From an uncultured delta proteobacterium (GTDB taxonomy: Bacteria > Desulfobacterota > RBG-13-43-22): 64,000 nt of DNA. Positions 1-9,584 of this stretch are shown piece after piece (position 1 is the first letter of the stretch; every line of letters begins with the position of its first letter). A program made the translations under genes and the position numbers. The DNA is taken from positions 512,001-576,000 of the forward strand of contig CAWBOS010000006.1 of NCBI GenBank assembly GCA_963790475.1. Reading direction: 5' to 3'. Below the pieces are notes generated by a model that did no database searches, was not told the origin of the DNA, and saw only the letters and a list, made by a program, of their open reading frames with translations.

Positions 1-165
1 GATAAGATATTGTTTTTTGATGGAATAAGTATAAAGAACGAAAAAAGTACGGTCAAGCGGAAAAGCAGGACCGGAAGCCTGATTTTCTTTTTGACGAAGC
101 CCCCCGGGAGATGTTATTATAAAAGCCGAAATAGCACACCATTTATAATTGTAGGAGGAACCCAT

Positions 166-598
166 ATGGCCAATCTAAATATATTTTACCCTACATGGTC
201 GCTCCGCCTGCTCAGTATTCTGGGAATCGTTATCGCATTCCTCTTTTTGTCACACGGAAGCGCAAAATTATTCGGCATACCTGTCGTCCAGCACCCCGGT
301 TTGGTTCCGCTCTTCTCGATGTTGGGATTGGCCGGAGTCCTGGAATTCTTCGGCGGGCTATTCATTCCTTTTGGGGCTGTTTATACGCCCGGTAGCCTTT
401 ATTCTGTCGGGAGAAATGGTCGTAGCCTACTTTATGGCCCATGCACCGAAGGGGTTCTGGCCAGTTCTGAATGGAGGGGAGTTGGCCGTACTGTATTGCT
501 TTGCATTCCTTTATTTGGTTGTAGCCGGAGGAGGCTCGTGGAGCGTCGATCATCTATGGCGGAAGGGCCAGAGTTTAAGAAATCCCAATGCCAATTAG
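166..598 (+). pseudogene. DoxX family membrane protein, frameshifted near 367-372 (possibly a sequencing error)
   Basis: RBS AGGAGG then ATG at 166. N-half FLSHGSAKLFG...LEFFGG continues in another frame as GLFIRPVAFILSGEMVVAYFMAH...NGGELAVLYCF...GGGSWSVD, which is typical DoxX. Confidence 0.85.
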
Positions 599-1078
599 AC
601 GTTTGACCCTAAGCCCGTTTGCGGTTGCCGCTCCATTCTGCCATTAAAACAACTATTAAACTCTAAAGAGTTGTTGACGAGTATTGATATCTTGACTTGT
701 GTTTAAATATACTACTTTATCAATTTAGCAACACCCGTTCCCCTTATCTTGATTACTTTTGAACTCTTCCATTTATTCAAAATGATGGTTAGAGGAAGAA
801 GTCATCATCTCACTTGTCAATGTCTGGATAGTCAAATCCTGATTTTTTACGATTTATTTGATGCAGACCCTGGACAGAAGGGATGCTCGGTAACCATTGA
901 TGTTATTCCTTCAGAAAATATGATATAGATGGACAACTATGTGAAGGTTAGGGGCCAACTGAGAATGATCCAGATATTGTGGCACCGCTGGGAATCCCGG
1001 CGGGTAAACGAGAAAACAACCCTCAATTTGTAGTATCGGGAGAAACCGGTCTACTCGACTAAAAAAAAGGAGGCCATC

Positions 1079-1444
1079 ATGGCAAAGCTTACCGAAGAGG
1101 CAAAGAAGGTAATCGGAGAAATCCGTCCATCACTTGTGGCTACAGCAAGTAAGACTGGCAAGCCCAATGTCTCGGCAAAGGGCTCGCTACGCGTTCTGGA
1201 TGATGAACATGTTCTATTTGCTGACGTTGCTTCCCCACGCACCATCGCCAATATAAAAGAGAATCCCCAGGTTGCTGTCATTTGTCTGGATGCTGCAACG
1301 CGTAAGGGCTGCCGCATCTGGGGAAAGGGTGAAATACTCAACTCGGGCGAACTCTTCGACAAGACTGTAGCCGAGCTTGCCAACAGAAAAATGAAGGTAA
1401 GAAACGTAGTGAAGGTGACTGTGGAAGAGGTTGAGACATTCTAA
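1079..1444 (+). CDS. Pyridoxamine 5'-phosphate oxidase-like FMN-binding protein
   Basis: VATASKTGKPNVSAKGS...T..NIKENPQV motif; RBS AAGGAGG upstream. Confidence 0.85.
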   Translation: MAKLTEEAKKVIGEIRPSLVATASKTGKPNVSAKGSLRVLDDEHVLFADVASPRTIANIKENPQVAVICLDAATRKGCRIWGKGEILNSGELFDKTVAELANRKMKVRNVVKVTVEEVETF

Positions 1445-1886
1445 GCAGATTGTAACTTTTCGGGGGGAAAGTCACCCCCCAATAGACGAAACTGCATCGG
1501 AATTACTTAGTACTATTTTGTCGAAAAAGAGGCGGGGTAGTTTTAAGGTTCTTTAGTTACTAATTGATGGAGACGGCGGACAAAATGATGATTTTTCTCA
1601 ATACTCCGGAACTAACTGAAATTATACATTATATGTCTTGTTAAAAAAAATTTACTCACCAACCCTAATCACATGACAATTTTGATCCAGTGAGACCCTC
1701 ACTATCCCCAACCCATTTAGCTCCTTCGCATAAAGTATAAGCAGTGGATTATTGTATTCAACCATTAACGAAAAACCCAATTCACAGTTTGGTTCACAAT
1801 CAGGGTAAATGTATAGTTTTAAGTTAGAGACGAGAATTTGATGGAAATAACGAAGGTCAAAATAAATATAAAATACAATCAGATAA

Positions 1887-1956
1887 GTCATGGCGGAAGT
1901 GCATGGGAATCGAACTCACCTGCCGCCCTCTTCAGACGGCACACCGGATTTGAAGT
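1887..1956 (-). repeat. att site: 70-bp duplicate of the tRNA-Sec 3' half (anticodon loop to CCA plus 4 nt)
   Basis: Identical to 8117-8186 except one mismatch (1916 T vs 8146 C). Confidence 0.93.
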
Positions 1957-2248
1957 TTTAGCACCCCTTTTTTAAATTCCTAAATAACTGAATTTACAAA
2001 GTATTAAAAAATACTAGTGGATAGTTTTGCTCTGATTTTACCTGGTTTACCCATTAACCCCTCCCACAACCTCCCCAGAAAAAGGGAAGATAGGTTCGCC
2101 TAATGGATATCACTATTACGACCAAATTTCTATAATAACTTTCCATAAATTACAACCCTCTGTAAGGGGTTTTCCATTAACTGGAATTTTAAGCCTTTTA
2201 AAGAAACCTTGTTTTATATAACCCATTGAATGAAGGGAATATATTATT

Positions 2249-2264
2249 TTGGCATGGGTTATGC
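2249..2264 (+). promoter_or_regulatory. Sigma54 (-24/-12) promoter candidate
   Basis: TTGGCATGGGTTATGC: GG-N10-GC spacing, upstream of the ORF at 2340. Confidence 0.55.
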
Positions 2265-2339
2265 TTTATAATAGGATGAGATCATTTTTATAAGTCTTAA
2301 AAACTTTTCGATACTTTATTAAAAGGGAGGTGAATCGAT

Positions 2340-2567
2340 ATGAAAAAGATGATTATGTTGGTTATGGCCATGGTTTTCGCAATGACCGTTTCCTTTGCTT
2401 TCGCGGCTGATGATACTACTACCCCGGCCCCAGAAAAAAAGGCCGAAGAAAAGGCCCCGATGAAGAAAAAGGTGGTAAAGAAAAAAAAGATGGTAAAGAA
2501 AGCCAAGAAGGCCGCTCCTAAGGAGGAAGCTCCTGCGGCTCCGGCGGCTCCGGCGGAAAAGAAGTAA
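2340..2567 (+). CDS. Small secreted Lys/Ala/Pro-rich low-complexity protein
   Basis: Signal peptide MKK...SFAFA; RBS GGGAGGTG; followed by a terminator. Confidence 0.8.
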   Translation: MKKMIMLVMAMVFAMTVSFAFAADDTTTPAPEKKAEEKAPMKKKVVKKKKMVKKAKKAAPKEEAPAAPAAPAEKK

Positions 2568-2585
2568 TTTTTTTCCCAATAAAAC

Positions 2586-2623
2586 AAGAGGGGGGATTTT
2601 AAACTAATCCCCCTTTTTTATTT
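2586..2623 (+). terminator. Rho-independent terminator
   Basis: GGGGGATT...AATCCCCC hairpin followed by a T-run. Confidence 0.75.
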
Positions 2624-2802
2624 CCCCTCCTTACAACCCTATCTTTTAACACCCCTTTAGATTTTTCGTTTTTTAATCTCCAGAAATCCCCTCAACTTTT
2701 AAGCTTCAGGCCATCCCTTATCCTGTTGATATTGCCTTGTCTTCTCAAATTGGTAGAATGTGGTATTATTATAAGTAGTTATAATCTATATAAAAAACAA
2801 AA

Positions 2803-3141
2803 ATGAAAGGACCTCAAATACGCCAACTATTTTGGGGATTTTTAAGGAATTCAGATTTCCAAAAAACAAACTTCAATTCAAATAAGTCAGGATTTTTTCG
2901 TTTGACCATTTTCTTCTCAATCTTATTGGAAAGTTTTTTGTTTGTGAAGGGAGCCAGCGCGGCGACCTATTACGTGGATAATTCCTGCACGGCTCATAAT
3001 GGAAATGGTTCTTGCAATGGAACTGATCCTAATTGCCAATGTGCCGGAAGCGATAATGGAGACGGGCCTTTCAACTCCATTGCCAATATGCAAGCCTCTC
3101 GGCGATATTCAGCCGCTGTGAACAAACATCACCAAAGTTGA
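2803..3141 (+). pseudogene. 5' fragment of a secreted (beta-helix-type) protein
   Basis: Signal-like segment then AATYYVDNSC...GPFNSI, an N-terminal motif of large secreted proteins; ends abruptly. Confidence 0.5.
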
Positions 3142-3155
3142 AGCGGAGAGGATTT

Positions 3156-3638
3156 ATGCCAGAATCTATCATTACAGGGATTTTCACCCTTCTTGGTATT
3201 ATCATCGGCAGTTTTATTGGATATATGACCGCCATAAGAATCTCCGATCGGAAAGAATTCCAAAAAGCCGCCCTTGATTTTCATGATGCTTTTCTCGATT
3301 CCCTGATGAGTCTCGATGATAGGTATCACCGTGAGGAAAATACCGAGACAAATGTCTGTACAATTCTTAGTAGAGATTTCGCTAAACAAGTGAGGGCCAT
3401 GTTGAGATTTCAGATTTTTCTGTCGGCTGATCAAAGAAAAGTCTTCGATAAAGCATGGCACGAATATTGTCATTATGACGTAAATGGTGGACCATCATTT
3501 CCGTTTCTTGAACAATATTTTGAAGACTCCTTGGATGGCCAACCAACTAATAAATTGGCACTTAGTCGCATTAGAAAACTTATGACATTTGTCGAATCGG
3601 CGAATAAGTCCCATTTTGACATCAAAAGAAAAAGCTAA
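3156..3638 (+). CDS. Hypothetical protein with N-terminal TM helix (cassette-like orphan)
   Basis: ORF of ~160 aa, RBS GGAGAGG before ATG 3156. Confidence 0.65.
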   Translation: MPESIITGIFTLLGIIIGSFIGYMTAIRISDRKEFQKAALDFHDAFLDSLMSLDDRYHREENTETNVCTILSRDFAKQVRAMLRFQIFLSADQRKVFDKAWHEYCHYDVNGGPSFPFLEQYFEDSLDGQPTNKLALSRIRKLMTFVESANKSHFDIKRKS

Positions 3639-3738
3639 AAAACTGTCCTTGAAGAAAAATAGATATTTAAAACAATAGCAAGTTTATTATGCAGGATTAG
3701 CTGATCGTCAAAAAAAGATTGTATCAGCATAAAAAATA

Positions 3739-4266
3739 ATGTTAGGAGACACACCCTTCAACCTTCAAACCATCCAAATTGCAGTAGCCATCGTCATTGG
3801 CCTTCTCACTATTCTCAGCACTATTTTCGGGTGGTTTGGAAAAGTTTTGCGTTGGGTTTCTTCAGCATTCAAGTCCAAGCCGCCTGTTGGCATTATTGAT
3901 GTTCCAAAAAAGACAATGGTCCTTATCCCTGAGTCAAGGCAGAATGCACTTTGGTGGCATATGGGCTCAAAGGTTGATCAGCCAATAATGCAAATTGTCG
4001 GTGACCTAACCGTTACAAATATCTCAAAATACGGTGTCTTTATTGCGGGTGCCAAACTTAGGAAACCCAAAACGGTAGGTCATGCATCTGTAAGAGGGCA
4101 AAATTCAAATATGATTCCGCAAGGGGGCGTCAGCGGCCTTCGCTTTCTCTTTTTCGTCCAGCCACCCAGATGCGAGAAGGGGGAAACGTTTAGGGCGGAT
4201 GTTGCCATCATTGATCAATTCGGGAATAAGCATTGGTTGAAAAGGCTGGAGTTTCCGTATATATAA
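3739..4266 (+). CDS. Hypothetical protein with N-terminal TM helix (cassette-like orphan)
   Basis: 175-aa ORF followed by an attC-like R'' box ACCTAAC at 4277. Confidence 0.65.
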   Translation: MLGDTPFNLQTIQIAVAIVIGLLTILSTIFGWFGKVLRWVSSAFKSKPPVGIIDVPKKTMVLIPESRQNALWWHMGSKVDQPIMQIVGDLTVTNISKYGVFIAGAKLRKPKTVGHASVRGQNSNMIPQGGVSGLRFLFFVQPPRCEKGETFRADVAIIDQFGNKHWLKRLEFPYI

Positions 4267-4574
4267 TGGTCTCGGCACCTAACTATTTGTTCCAGGGACC
4301 GCCGAGAAGCACAGTTTCTCAGTTTCCGCTCCGCTTTAAACCAATCCAGAATTAATTCTTTGAATTTTTCCCTCAATATAAAACTTGGAAATCAATTCTT
4401 GCGCTATTTTTCCGGAAGAGAGATTTCAATTTTATTGCCAAACTACAAAGTCTTTTATCCGAAAAGCAGAGTCTCTCATGCCCAAAATTGAAAAATTAAT
4501 AGATGAAGGAAAATTGACAATCGATGATTTTAACTGTCCAGCATTAGAATTAATAGAGGATATTCCCTAATTTT

Positions 4575-4802
4575 TCATAGAAAAGCAATCTTCTGAATTC
4601 GGTCTTCCATTAATAACTTTATCTTTAAGGGACCCGGAAATCCCTTAAAACTCAATTGTCCAAACGTCCCCGCCGACTCAATCATTAAATCCCCAAATCC
4701 AAGAATCCTTCCCCAAATCTCAATCTCAATCGTCAAGTCCTGTATTTTATATAACCAAACAGAAACAAACCATTTTCCAATAATACCCCTTTCCTTGATC
4801 AC
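4575..4802 (-). pseudogene. Bacterial PH-domain (bPH_2-like) protein fragment
   Basis: IQDLTIE...GRILGFGDLMIESAG motif; N-terminus missing. Confidence 0.6.
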
Positions 4803-4899
4803 CCGGGGGTAGTTGACAGGAACCTTTCCTATCTACTAAAATAAGAAGAGCGGAAGCCTGTAAGGGTAGCATCCGGCAAAACAAAAGGAGGAGCAAAAA

Positions 4900-5052
4900 A
4901 TGGCAAAAATAGTAAAAACCATCAGGGCAGTCTCAAGATCCCCAAAACAAAAGGACGTGTTAGAGAGCACTGCTGGCGGATGGAAGGGGCTGGTCAATGC
5001 CGAAAAACTGAAAAGAAATATTTACGCCGACCGACTGAATCGGCCAGTTTAA
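4900..5052 (+). CDS. Short antitoxin-like peptide (AF2212/DUF104-like, internally deleted?)
   Basis: RBS AAGGAGG; MAKIVKTIRAV...TAGGWKGLVNAEKLKRNIYADRL (own translation). Confidence 0.45.
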   Translation: MAKIVKTIRAVSRSPKQKDVLESTAGGWKGLVNAEKLKRNIYADRLNRPV

Positions 5053-5309
5053 GGAGGTCGGTTTTTTTAGCAAAGAATATCTCTCAAAATATGGGAAATG
5101 TGCCGGAATAAACGAATTATTTATAATCTATACAAAATTTTTAAAAATCCGACAAAAAACCTTCCGCAAGAGTCCATCTTTAACTTTCAAGAAATCGCTC
5201 ATAAACGTTTAACCTCATAAAATAATTATAGTTTTTTCATAATGCACTTATGGCCCAATTGTTGCATTTAAGTATGTGATAATATTGATTATACATCAGG
5301 AATCCAAAA

Positions 5310-6122
5310 ATGGTGTCATGCAAAATTTGTAGCGGGAGCGTTTCTGAGGGTATTCCTCTTTCCGATGGAGGGATGATCCATGATTCGTGTTTGGAATCTA
5401 TTAAAGGTAAGGAACTTAAAATTAAAAATGAGATATATGATCGAAGAGAAAATATAACAAGATTAAAGGGTGAAATTAAAAAACATGAAGGACTCATATT
5501 TAAAGTCATATCATTATTTTCAAAGCCTGAAATAAGTGTCGTTGATCTTGAAAAGAAAATCCGGATAATTGAGGAAAATATCAAACAGTTGACCAGCAGC
5601 TTGGCCTCCTTCCAAGCCAATTCCGCAAAACTCTACGATTACTTTCTAACATATCCCCCAGATTGGGAGGAGAGGAGGAGACAAGTAGAAGAAAGGGACA
5701 GCGATCAATGCTGCAAGTGCGGTAATTTGAGATATCTTCACTTGCACCATATAAAGTCTCTCTCTGAGGGCGGCAATAACAAGATCTCAAACTTGATGTT
5801 GCTTTGCGAGAAATGTCATTCAAAAAAACACGGTGGAAGAGATTTCTCCGGTGAGTTTAACCCTTCTGAAACAGCTTTTTCCAAACGCATAGCAAATATT
5901 CGCTATGCCATAGCAAATGGTAAGCAAATTACTTTTGGCTATAGAAAACCAGAAGAAAAAAGACATAAAAACAGAACTATTAAACCTGCTGAGATTATCA
6001 ATATTGATCATCATAGAGATAGCGGATCAACTCTTTGTGTTAGTGGTTATTGTTACCTTCGGAAAGCGGAGCGCATATTTGCATTAAAGTGAATGAGAGG
6101 CTTGAAAGTAATAGAGGCATAA
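5310..6122 (+). CDS. Zn-finger/coiled-coil + HNH endonuclease + C-terminal WYL domain protein; premature TGA at 6090-6092
   Basis: CKIC..HDSC; CCKC..LHLHHI...N..LLCEKCH (HNH); ITFGYRKP...RTIKP...VSGYCYLRKAERIFALK*MRGLKV (WYL). Confidence 0.8.
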
Positions 6123-6192
6123 CCACTTCATAAATTTTGATTGATAATTCCGCTATGCTCCACTTTTCGCGCAATTATATGGAGCGTTAGAC
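6117..6192 (+). other. Integron attC recombination site
   Basis: R'' GCATAAC overlapping the upstream TAA; L boxes CATAAATT / AATTATATG; central CCGCTATGCTCC; R' GTTAGAC; next gene starts 17 nt later. Confidence 0.7.
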
Positions 6193-6208
6193 GACTAGGG
6201 AGAACGAA

Positions 6209-6691
6209 ATGGCAGAGTATAATATTGGGTTCAGTGAGAAACTCATTGAGGCCGCTATAGCAGTGGCTGGGGAAGACTTCAACGACATCGATGCAGTCCG
6301 TACAGTTTTATACCTCAGCTCGCTTGCCTCGGAAATTGCACTGAAGGCTTTGCTTGAAAAAGCCGGGATACCCATCAAGAAGATCAGGGCACGCGGTCAT
6401 AGTCTGAGTGGTCTTTTGACCGATCTCGGTAAGTGCCAGATCCATGCTAAAGTCACAGCGGGTTCGCACACTTGGGTCTCCGCGACGCGACTTCGCTCCA
6501 AGGTTGTTGACAGTCGGTATTCTAACGCAACAGTGGGCACACTCCTTACAGGAGAGGAACGCGGCGCATCAAAATATCCGAGTGAATTGCGTTACGGAGA
6601 CCACTTGAAAGATTACCCACCCGAATTTAAAATGAGAGCAAGTAAAGCAGTCATCGACTTTGTAAAAAAACACTGGGAGGAAATTCGTTGA
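6209..6691 (+). CDS. HEPN-domain protein (cassette)
   Basis: LASEIALKALL...GHSLSGLL...ELRYG resembles the HEPN helical fold pattern. Confidence 0.65.
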   Translation: MAEYNIGFSEKLIEAAIAVAGEDFNDIDAVRTVLYLSSLASEIALKALLEKAGIPIKKIRARGHSLSGLLTDLGKCQIHAKVTAGSHTWVSATRLRSKVVDSRYSNATVGTLLTGEERGASKYPSELRYGDHLKDYPPEFKMRASKAVIDFVKKHWEEIR

Positions 6692-6848
6692 CAGCACCGG
6701 TGCGATCTGTGAAATGGTGGGGAATTATTCCCTCCCTATATAGTTTTTATCTCAGCCAGCCTAAACGGGTTGGCTTTTTTTAGCGATAGAATTTATAAAT
6801 CCAGTTTTTAATAAATCTGAGTTTCTTCTTCAATCAATTCCTTAATCT

Positions 6849-7193
6849 TCATCGGCTCTGGAAATCCTTTCGGTTTTTTATTGTTTCTTTAGAAAACTTT
6901 TGTAGCAATCTTAATGTCCTTTGCAGAGTTTCCCTTAAGGGTATTTGTTCAGAAACGATAATTCCCCAATGGTCCTGCTGATTTTTGACATAAAAATTAT
7001 GGAGAATCACGAAGTCTTTTACATTAAAAGTAAACAGACATCTTTGGTCACGAACAGCAAAGGCGAGTTGTTCGGAATCGGATCGTCCTTTCCCGTCTAA
7101 TTCCTGGGCATGATAAACATCCTAACCCCTTTTCCGTAAGGCGTTGGCCAACCCCGAGTGTACATCTTCGTCAAGAAAGAGCTTAACCTTCAT
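6849..7193 (-). pseudogene. DUF5615/PIN-like toxin pseudogene (internal TAG at 7122-7124)
   Basis: Own translation MKVKLFLDEDVHSGLANALRKRG*DVYHAQ...SDSEQLAFA...TFNVKDF...HWGIIV. Confidence 0.75.
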
Positions 7194-7501
7194 CAGGGGA
7201 GATCAATTTGGTTGGGATGTGGAATTATTTGTTTCTTCCAATACTTTTCGTCTGAGGATTCACTTAGATCGGCATCTATTTCTGCCTGATGATCAAAATA
7301 ATAAGCAAGTGCACTATGAATCTGGGAGGATGTTAAATGATGGATCGTGTTTAAAATCTCATCAACCGTCATTCCCCTTTGATAATAGCCTGCAATAGTG
7401 CGGACAGTAATTCGAGTTCCCTCAATGACAGGTTTTCCCCCCGCTATTTTTGGATTAAACCCGATATAGGGGTAGGTTTGTTTTCTTAGTGGAACTCCCA
7501 T
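7193..7501 (-). CDS. DUF433 antitoxin
   Basis: PKIAGGKPVIEGTRITV...IHSALAYY motif. Confidence 0.9.
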   Translation of the reverse strand: MGVPLRKQTYPYIGFNPKIAGGKPVIEGTRITVRTIAGYYQRGMTVDEILNTIHHLTSSQIHSALAYYFDHQAEIDADLSESSDEKYWKKQIIPHPNQIDLP

Positions 7502-7552
7502 AATACCTTCCTTTATTCAATAAAAATAATTAAAGTAGTTAGGGTCGCAATC

Positions 7553-7795
7553 TTAAATGATGACAATTAATCCACATCCCTGGCGAACACAGGCTCCGGC
7601 CTTTTGGGACATTATTCTTTTTCGGACCGTAATTGCCTCCTGTTCCTTGAGGATTTCAAAATTTCGCACCACCGAATCAATCGTTTTGTCGTCCTTAATA
7701 AACCCGTTGCGATGGAAGCCGGCCGTATACCGTTCAACTTTTTCGATGGCTTCCCAAAGGTCTTCGATCAAAAGATCAGCCGATCTATATGACAT
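7553..7795 (-). pseudogene. HepT/DUF86 HEPN toxin, 3'-truncated
   Basis: LIEDLWEAIEKVERYT...TIDSVVRNFEIL then diverges; RX4H motif missing. Confidence 0.75.
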
Positions 7796-8078
7796 CTATC
7801 AAATCCTTTTGGATAACGTTCCAATATCTTGGTTTGATAGAGCGACTGGAAACGACATCTGTTCGAACCCCCAGGGTGATCTCTATTTCTTCGGCCAATT
7901 CTACACACCGGAGTCCAATGGCCGGATCCACCTCCACCATGATATCCACATCGCTTTCTTTGGCATAATCCCCCCTGGCATATGAGCCAAAGAGCGCCAG
8001 CCGGGAAATACCAAACCGTTTGGTCAGGTCTGGTTTATACTCTTTGAGAATATTAAGAATTTCTTCCCTGGTTTTCGT
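7785..8078 (-). pseudogene. MntA-type minimal nucleotidyltransferase antitoxin, start codon lost (ACG)
   Basis: Own translation ...LALFGSYARGDYAKESDVDIMVEVD..., overlapping the HepT start. Confidence 0.8.
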
Positions 8079-8120
8079 AAGTGGATCAACTTCTTAGAAG
8101 ACTTTGGATTCTCGGTGTCA

Positions 8121-8218
8121 TGGCGGAAGTGCATGGGAATCGAACCCACCTGCCGCCCTCTTCAGACGGCACACCGGATTTGAAGTCCGGGAGCCCCACC
8201 AGTGAGCTTTCCACTTCC
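8121..8218 (-). tRNA. selC: tRNA-Sec (anticodon UCA)
   Basis: GGAAGTG...CCCGGA CTTCAAA TCCGGT, long variable arm, GTTCGATTC T-arm, GCCA end; 98 nt. Confidence 0.95.
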
Positions 8219-8445
8219 GTAAAAAGAATATAAAATATCCAATCGGAATAGTCAAGCTGCGCTTTTTCACCAAAAATGGATAGGTTTATGCTATATTTAA
8301 ATAAATCATCGCCTTAAGTTCCATGCATGCTGACCAGGATTTCAGAAAGCATGAAAATTAATCTGATATCGACCATAGGCTATGGGTTGGAAGATCTTCT
8401 CCAACCTTATTGCCTATTGCCTCGTGCCTATCGCCTGGATTTTCT

Positions 8446-9417
8446 ATGAAACTGGGATCTCAAACCATAACTTTTCCCTATGTAATGGCCCCCATGGCCG
8501 GGTATACGGACCTGCCTTTCCGTTTACTGGTTCGGAAGTTAGGCTGCGAACTGGCCTATACCGAAATGGTCAGCGCTGAAGGATTGGTTCGACATATCCC
8601 CTTAACCTGGTCAATCCTCAAAACCGTTCCGGAGGACCACCCCTTATCGGTTCAGCTGTTCGGTTCCAACCCGGAAGTCATGGCTCAGGCCGCTGTTCTG
8701 GCCGGAGAGGCCGGGGCCGATATTATCGATATCAATATGGGCTGTTCGGTAAAGAAGGTCGCCAAATCCGGCTCGGGAGCGGCTTTACTGAAGGATTTGA
8801 AAAAAGCGGAACAGTTGATAAAAGCCGTCAGGAAGGCTACCCCTCTTCCCCTGACCATCAAGATACGTTCCGGCTGGAAGGAGGGGGAGTTCACCTACCG
8901 GACCATGGCCCAAATCGCTGAGGACTCCGGGGTGGACGCTCTGGTCATCCATCCCCGTTATGCGGTTCAGGGTTTTTCCGGTCAGGCGGACTGGCGGGTT
9001 GTGGCGGAAATCAAGGCGATGGTGCGGATTCCGGTCTTGGGCAGCGGAGATATCTCCACCCCGAAACAAGCCCTGGAACTCAAAAAGCAAACCCATTGCG
9101 ATGGCGTTATGATCGGCCGGAAAGCCTTAAGGGCCCCCTGGATCTTTAAACAGATCAAGGAAATGGAGGCCGGTGGCCCTCCCACCACTCCCGACCCCAC
9201 GGAAAGGCGGGGTTGGCTGGTTTCATATTGGCAATGGATTGAAGAAAATTATCAGGGACCGGCCCAAATCAAAGCCTTGCGCCGGACCTTATTCGTCCTG
9301 ACCCGGGGACTGCGGGCCTCGGGCGAGTTCAGACAAAACGTGGCCCTGGCTCCGACTAAGGAACGGTTAAGGGGCCTTTTTGAAGAATATTTTGATTCCC
9401 TGTCTTCATTGGAGTAA
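8446..9417 (+). CDS. dusB: tRNA-dihydrouridine synthase B
   Basis: MAPMAGYTD, IDINMGC, TIKIRSGW, HPR, DGVMIGR motifs. Confidence 0.92.
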   Translation: MKLGSQTITFPYVMAPMAGYTDLPFRLLVRKLGCELAYTEMVSAEGLVRHIPLTWSILKTVPEDHPLSVQLFGSNPEVMAQAAVLAGEAGADIIDINMGCSVKKVAKSGSGAALLKDLKKAEQLIKAVRKATPLPLTIKIRSGWKEGEFTYRTMAQIAEDSGVDALVIHPRYAVQGFSGQADWRVVAEIKAMVRIPVLGSGDISTPKQALELKKQTHCDGVMIGRKALRAPWIFKQIKEMEAGGPPTTPDPTERRGWLVSYWQWIEENYQGPAQIKALRRTLFVLTRGLRASGEFRQNVALAPTKERLRGLFEEYFDSLSSLE

Positions 9418-9584
9418 AATTAACGCATAGTAAAACTTTAGGTGTTTGATAAAAGTATCTTTCACCGCAAAGCTTGCTATATTTTAGAAAGTAGTTAAGC
9501 CGTACAAAAAAGGCTATACTCTTTCTTGATTTGAGGTCCAATTTGCAAGTTGGTTAAACCCAAACCAAGGAAAGGAGTATAGCC

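Larger units (their letters stand above)
1957..8120. mobile_element. Decayed genomic island integrated at selC (no integrase inside)
   Basis: Flanked by the tRNA-Sec gene and its duplicated 3' end; AT-rich; orphan ORFs, TA remnants and attC relics. Confidence 0.8.

Noticed and set aside
10-165. N-terminal extension of ORF 10-606
   Set aside because: The RBS and DoxX homology place the start at 166.
1887-1956. Second tRNA-Sec gene
   Set aside because: Lacks the 5' acceptor strand and D-arm; it is an att duplicate.
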